A DNA stretch of 62,503 bases, the filler included, from Asterionella formosa (lineage: Eukaryota): NCBI GenBank assembly GCA_002256025.1. It is 20 parts of 20 records of this genome, joined end to end, with 100 filler letters (N's around TTAATTAATTAA, not from the genome) between each part and the next. Parts side by side here need not be neighbours in the genome. Positions count along the whole stretch, not along the records: positions 60,783 to 62,503 come from NKIB01001394.1; 19 more parts are not named here. One strand, 5' to 3'. Shown piece by piece: positions 60,783 to 62,503 of the stretch. Position 1 is the first letter of the stretch, and every line of letters starts with the position of its first letter. A model generated the notes under the pieces. It saw only the letters and a program-made list of their open reading frames with translations. It made no database searches and had not been told where the DNA came from. Both the position numbers and the translations under genes were made by a program.

Positions 60783-62503
60783 AAAGAGTGGACTTTTGTC
60801 GGTATTTGCGAGGAAATTATTGATGATTGTGATGTAAAATTTAATAATAAAGAGTTTTGTGCCTCTGCTGTTGCTCCTCGCTCTATTGCCCTACAGGAGA
60901 ATTGGCTCGCTGATACTGGAGCTACCGCCCATATCACAATGAGTGACGTCGGTATGACAAATGTACGCCCAGTCAGTGTCACAGTTGTCGTCGGCGATGG
61001 CTCGGAAATTAAATGCACAAAACGCGGTGACATCAAGCTCACCAACGGAGAGAAGACTATGACATTGAAGGATGTCCTGTACACGCCTAAGTTTCACAAG
61101 AACATCGTCAGTTTGGGCGTCCTAATCCGCGACGGTTTTGACCTTTCAGTCACAGGGTCTACAATGACCGTTAAGAAAGGTCGTGGAGGACATATTTCAT
61201 TTAACAGAGAGACCAATGGAGTTCTCTATTATTTTAAAGGAAGTCGCGCGAGTTATGCCGATGTCGTATCCATGGTTATTGCCCCATTGCCCCAGGGTGC
61301 CGATAGTACCAAAAACTTGTCCACAAACACCCATACAGTTATGAGTGGGGAGGACAAAATGAAGTCACAGGATATCAACGAGGCACACGATATCTACGGG
61401 CATATTGGGGAAGCCGCACTACGTGCTACGTTCAAAGCACTGAAGATAGAACTTACTGGTACCCTCCGGTCATGTGACGGATGCTCTAAGGCAAAGGCGA
61501 AAGCAAAGGCAGTTTCAAAAGTGTCGACTGTACAGGCTGTACTACCCGGTGAACGGATTTTCGTGGACACTTCAGGGCCATACAAAAAGTCCATTGTGGG
61601 AAGCAATTACTGGATACTTGTTGTCGATCAATTCTCTGGAAAGTCATGGAGTTTTTTTGTTAAGAAGAAGAATTTACTATCCAAAATTGTGGACGAGCTA
61701 CTTATCAAGCTATTTGCAGCAAAATATGTCATCAAATATCTACGATGTGATAATGCAGGTGAAAATCTCGAAAATTTGTCATCTGTATGCACCAAGCATG
61801 GTATTCAGATTGAATACACAGCACCAAATACACCTCAGCAGAACGGTGTTGTTGAGCGCAAGTTTGTCACCATACGTGATAGAAGCTGTGCTGCTATGAT
61901 CAATGCAAAGCTAAATGATGAGTTTCAAGGACTTCTTTGGGGCTATGATCAATGCAAAGCTAAATGATGAGTTTCAAGGACTTCTTTGGGCAGAATGTGC
62001 CAACACAATGACTCGAGTGACAAATGTGGTTTCGAATTCAAGAAATATCAAGTGCCCTGATTGGCTATGGTATGGGAAACAACCTACAATCTATGAACAC
62101 TTGATCCAATTTGGACGAATTGGATATGTCACCATAAGAACTCCTGTGAATAAGCTTGATGATAAAGCAATTAAATGTGTCATGATTGGATACTCTGAAA
62201 ACCACTCAGGTGATACCTACCGACTCTTTAACCCTATAACCAAGAAGGTGATTCAGAGCCGTGATGTAAAATGGATTGAATGGCATGGAGAAACGAAACC
62301 TACTGATGATCTGACCATGTTCAAGACTGGGATTGATGAAATTGAGTTTGAGGAGGAACTTGACCAACCTGTTGCGCCAACTCTGACTGTCATCCCAGAT
62401 GATGAGACTGGATCACTTTCGACTCTTAATGACTTGCAGGTCTCTGAAGCAGGGAGGAATGAAGCTTCAAATACTTCAAAACCTGCTATTACAAGAGCTG
62501 AAC
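60783..62503 (+). mobile_element. Ty1/Copia pol fragment (protease, pre-integrase, integrase, SH3), frameshifted by a 49-bp tandem duplication
   Basis: WLADTGATAH, HxxxGH...CDGC, VDTSGP, RCDNAGEN and QQNGVVER. Duplicated unit at 61893-61941 and 61942-61990. Confidence 0.92.

Overview
Eukaryotic sequence, very likely from a diatom. The supporting signs are TTAGGG telomere repeats, 78-110 nt GT-AG introns, a bipartite plastid-targeting presequence, RXL propeptide motifs, CoDi-like Copia elements and a PGRL1 fragment. The window is not contiguous. One contig of at least 27.8 kb (1-27863) is followed by 19 contigs of about 1.72 kb, all joined by artificial 100-bp N44-TTAATTAATTAA-N44 spacers. The long contig carries two paralogous, intron-containing mucin-like type I membrane protein genes among decayed transposons (PIF/Harbinger, Plavaka-like, a SINE-like repeat). 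It also holds a nested insertion stack resolved to the base: a Copia gag contains a TTAA-targeting, Kolobok-like non-autonomous element, which itself contains a Copia LTR element and a Harbinger. The short contigs hold Sec61-gamma, an ACSBG-type acyl-CoA ligase 5' end, a secreted CHRD protein and a plastid MsrA. They also hold an ARM-repeat IRAK/Pelle-like kinase whose stop codon lies in the first telomere repeat, three near-identical copies of a GNAT-motif gene fragment, a broken PGRL1 exon, more TE pieces and a ~190-bp satellite with trimeric higher-order structure. All family assignments come from motif recognition by eye; no searches were run.
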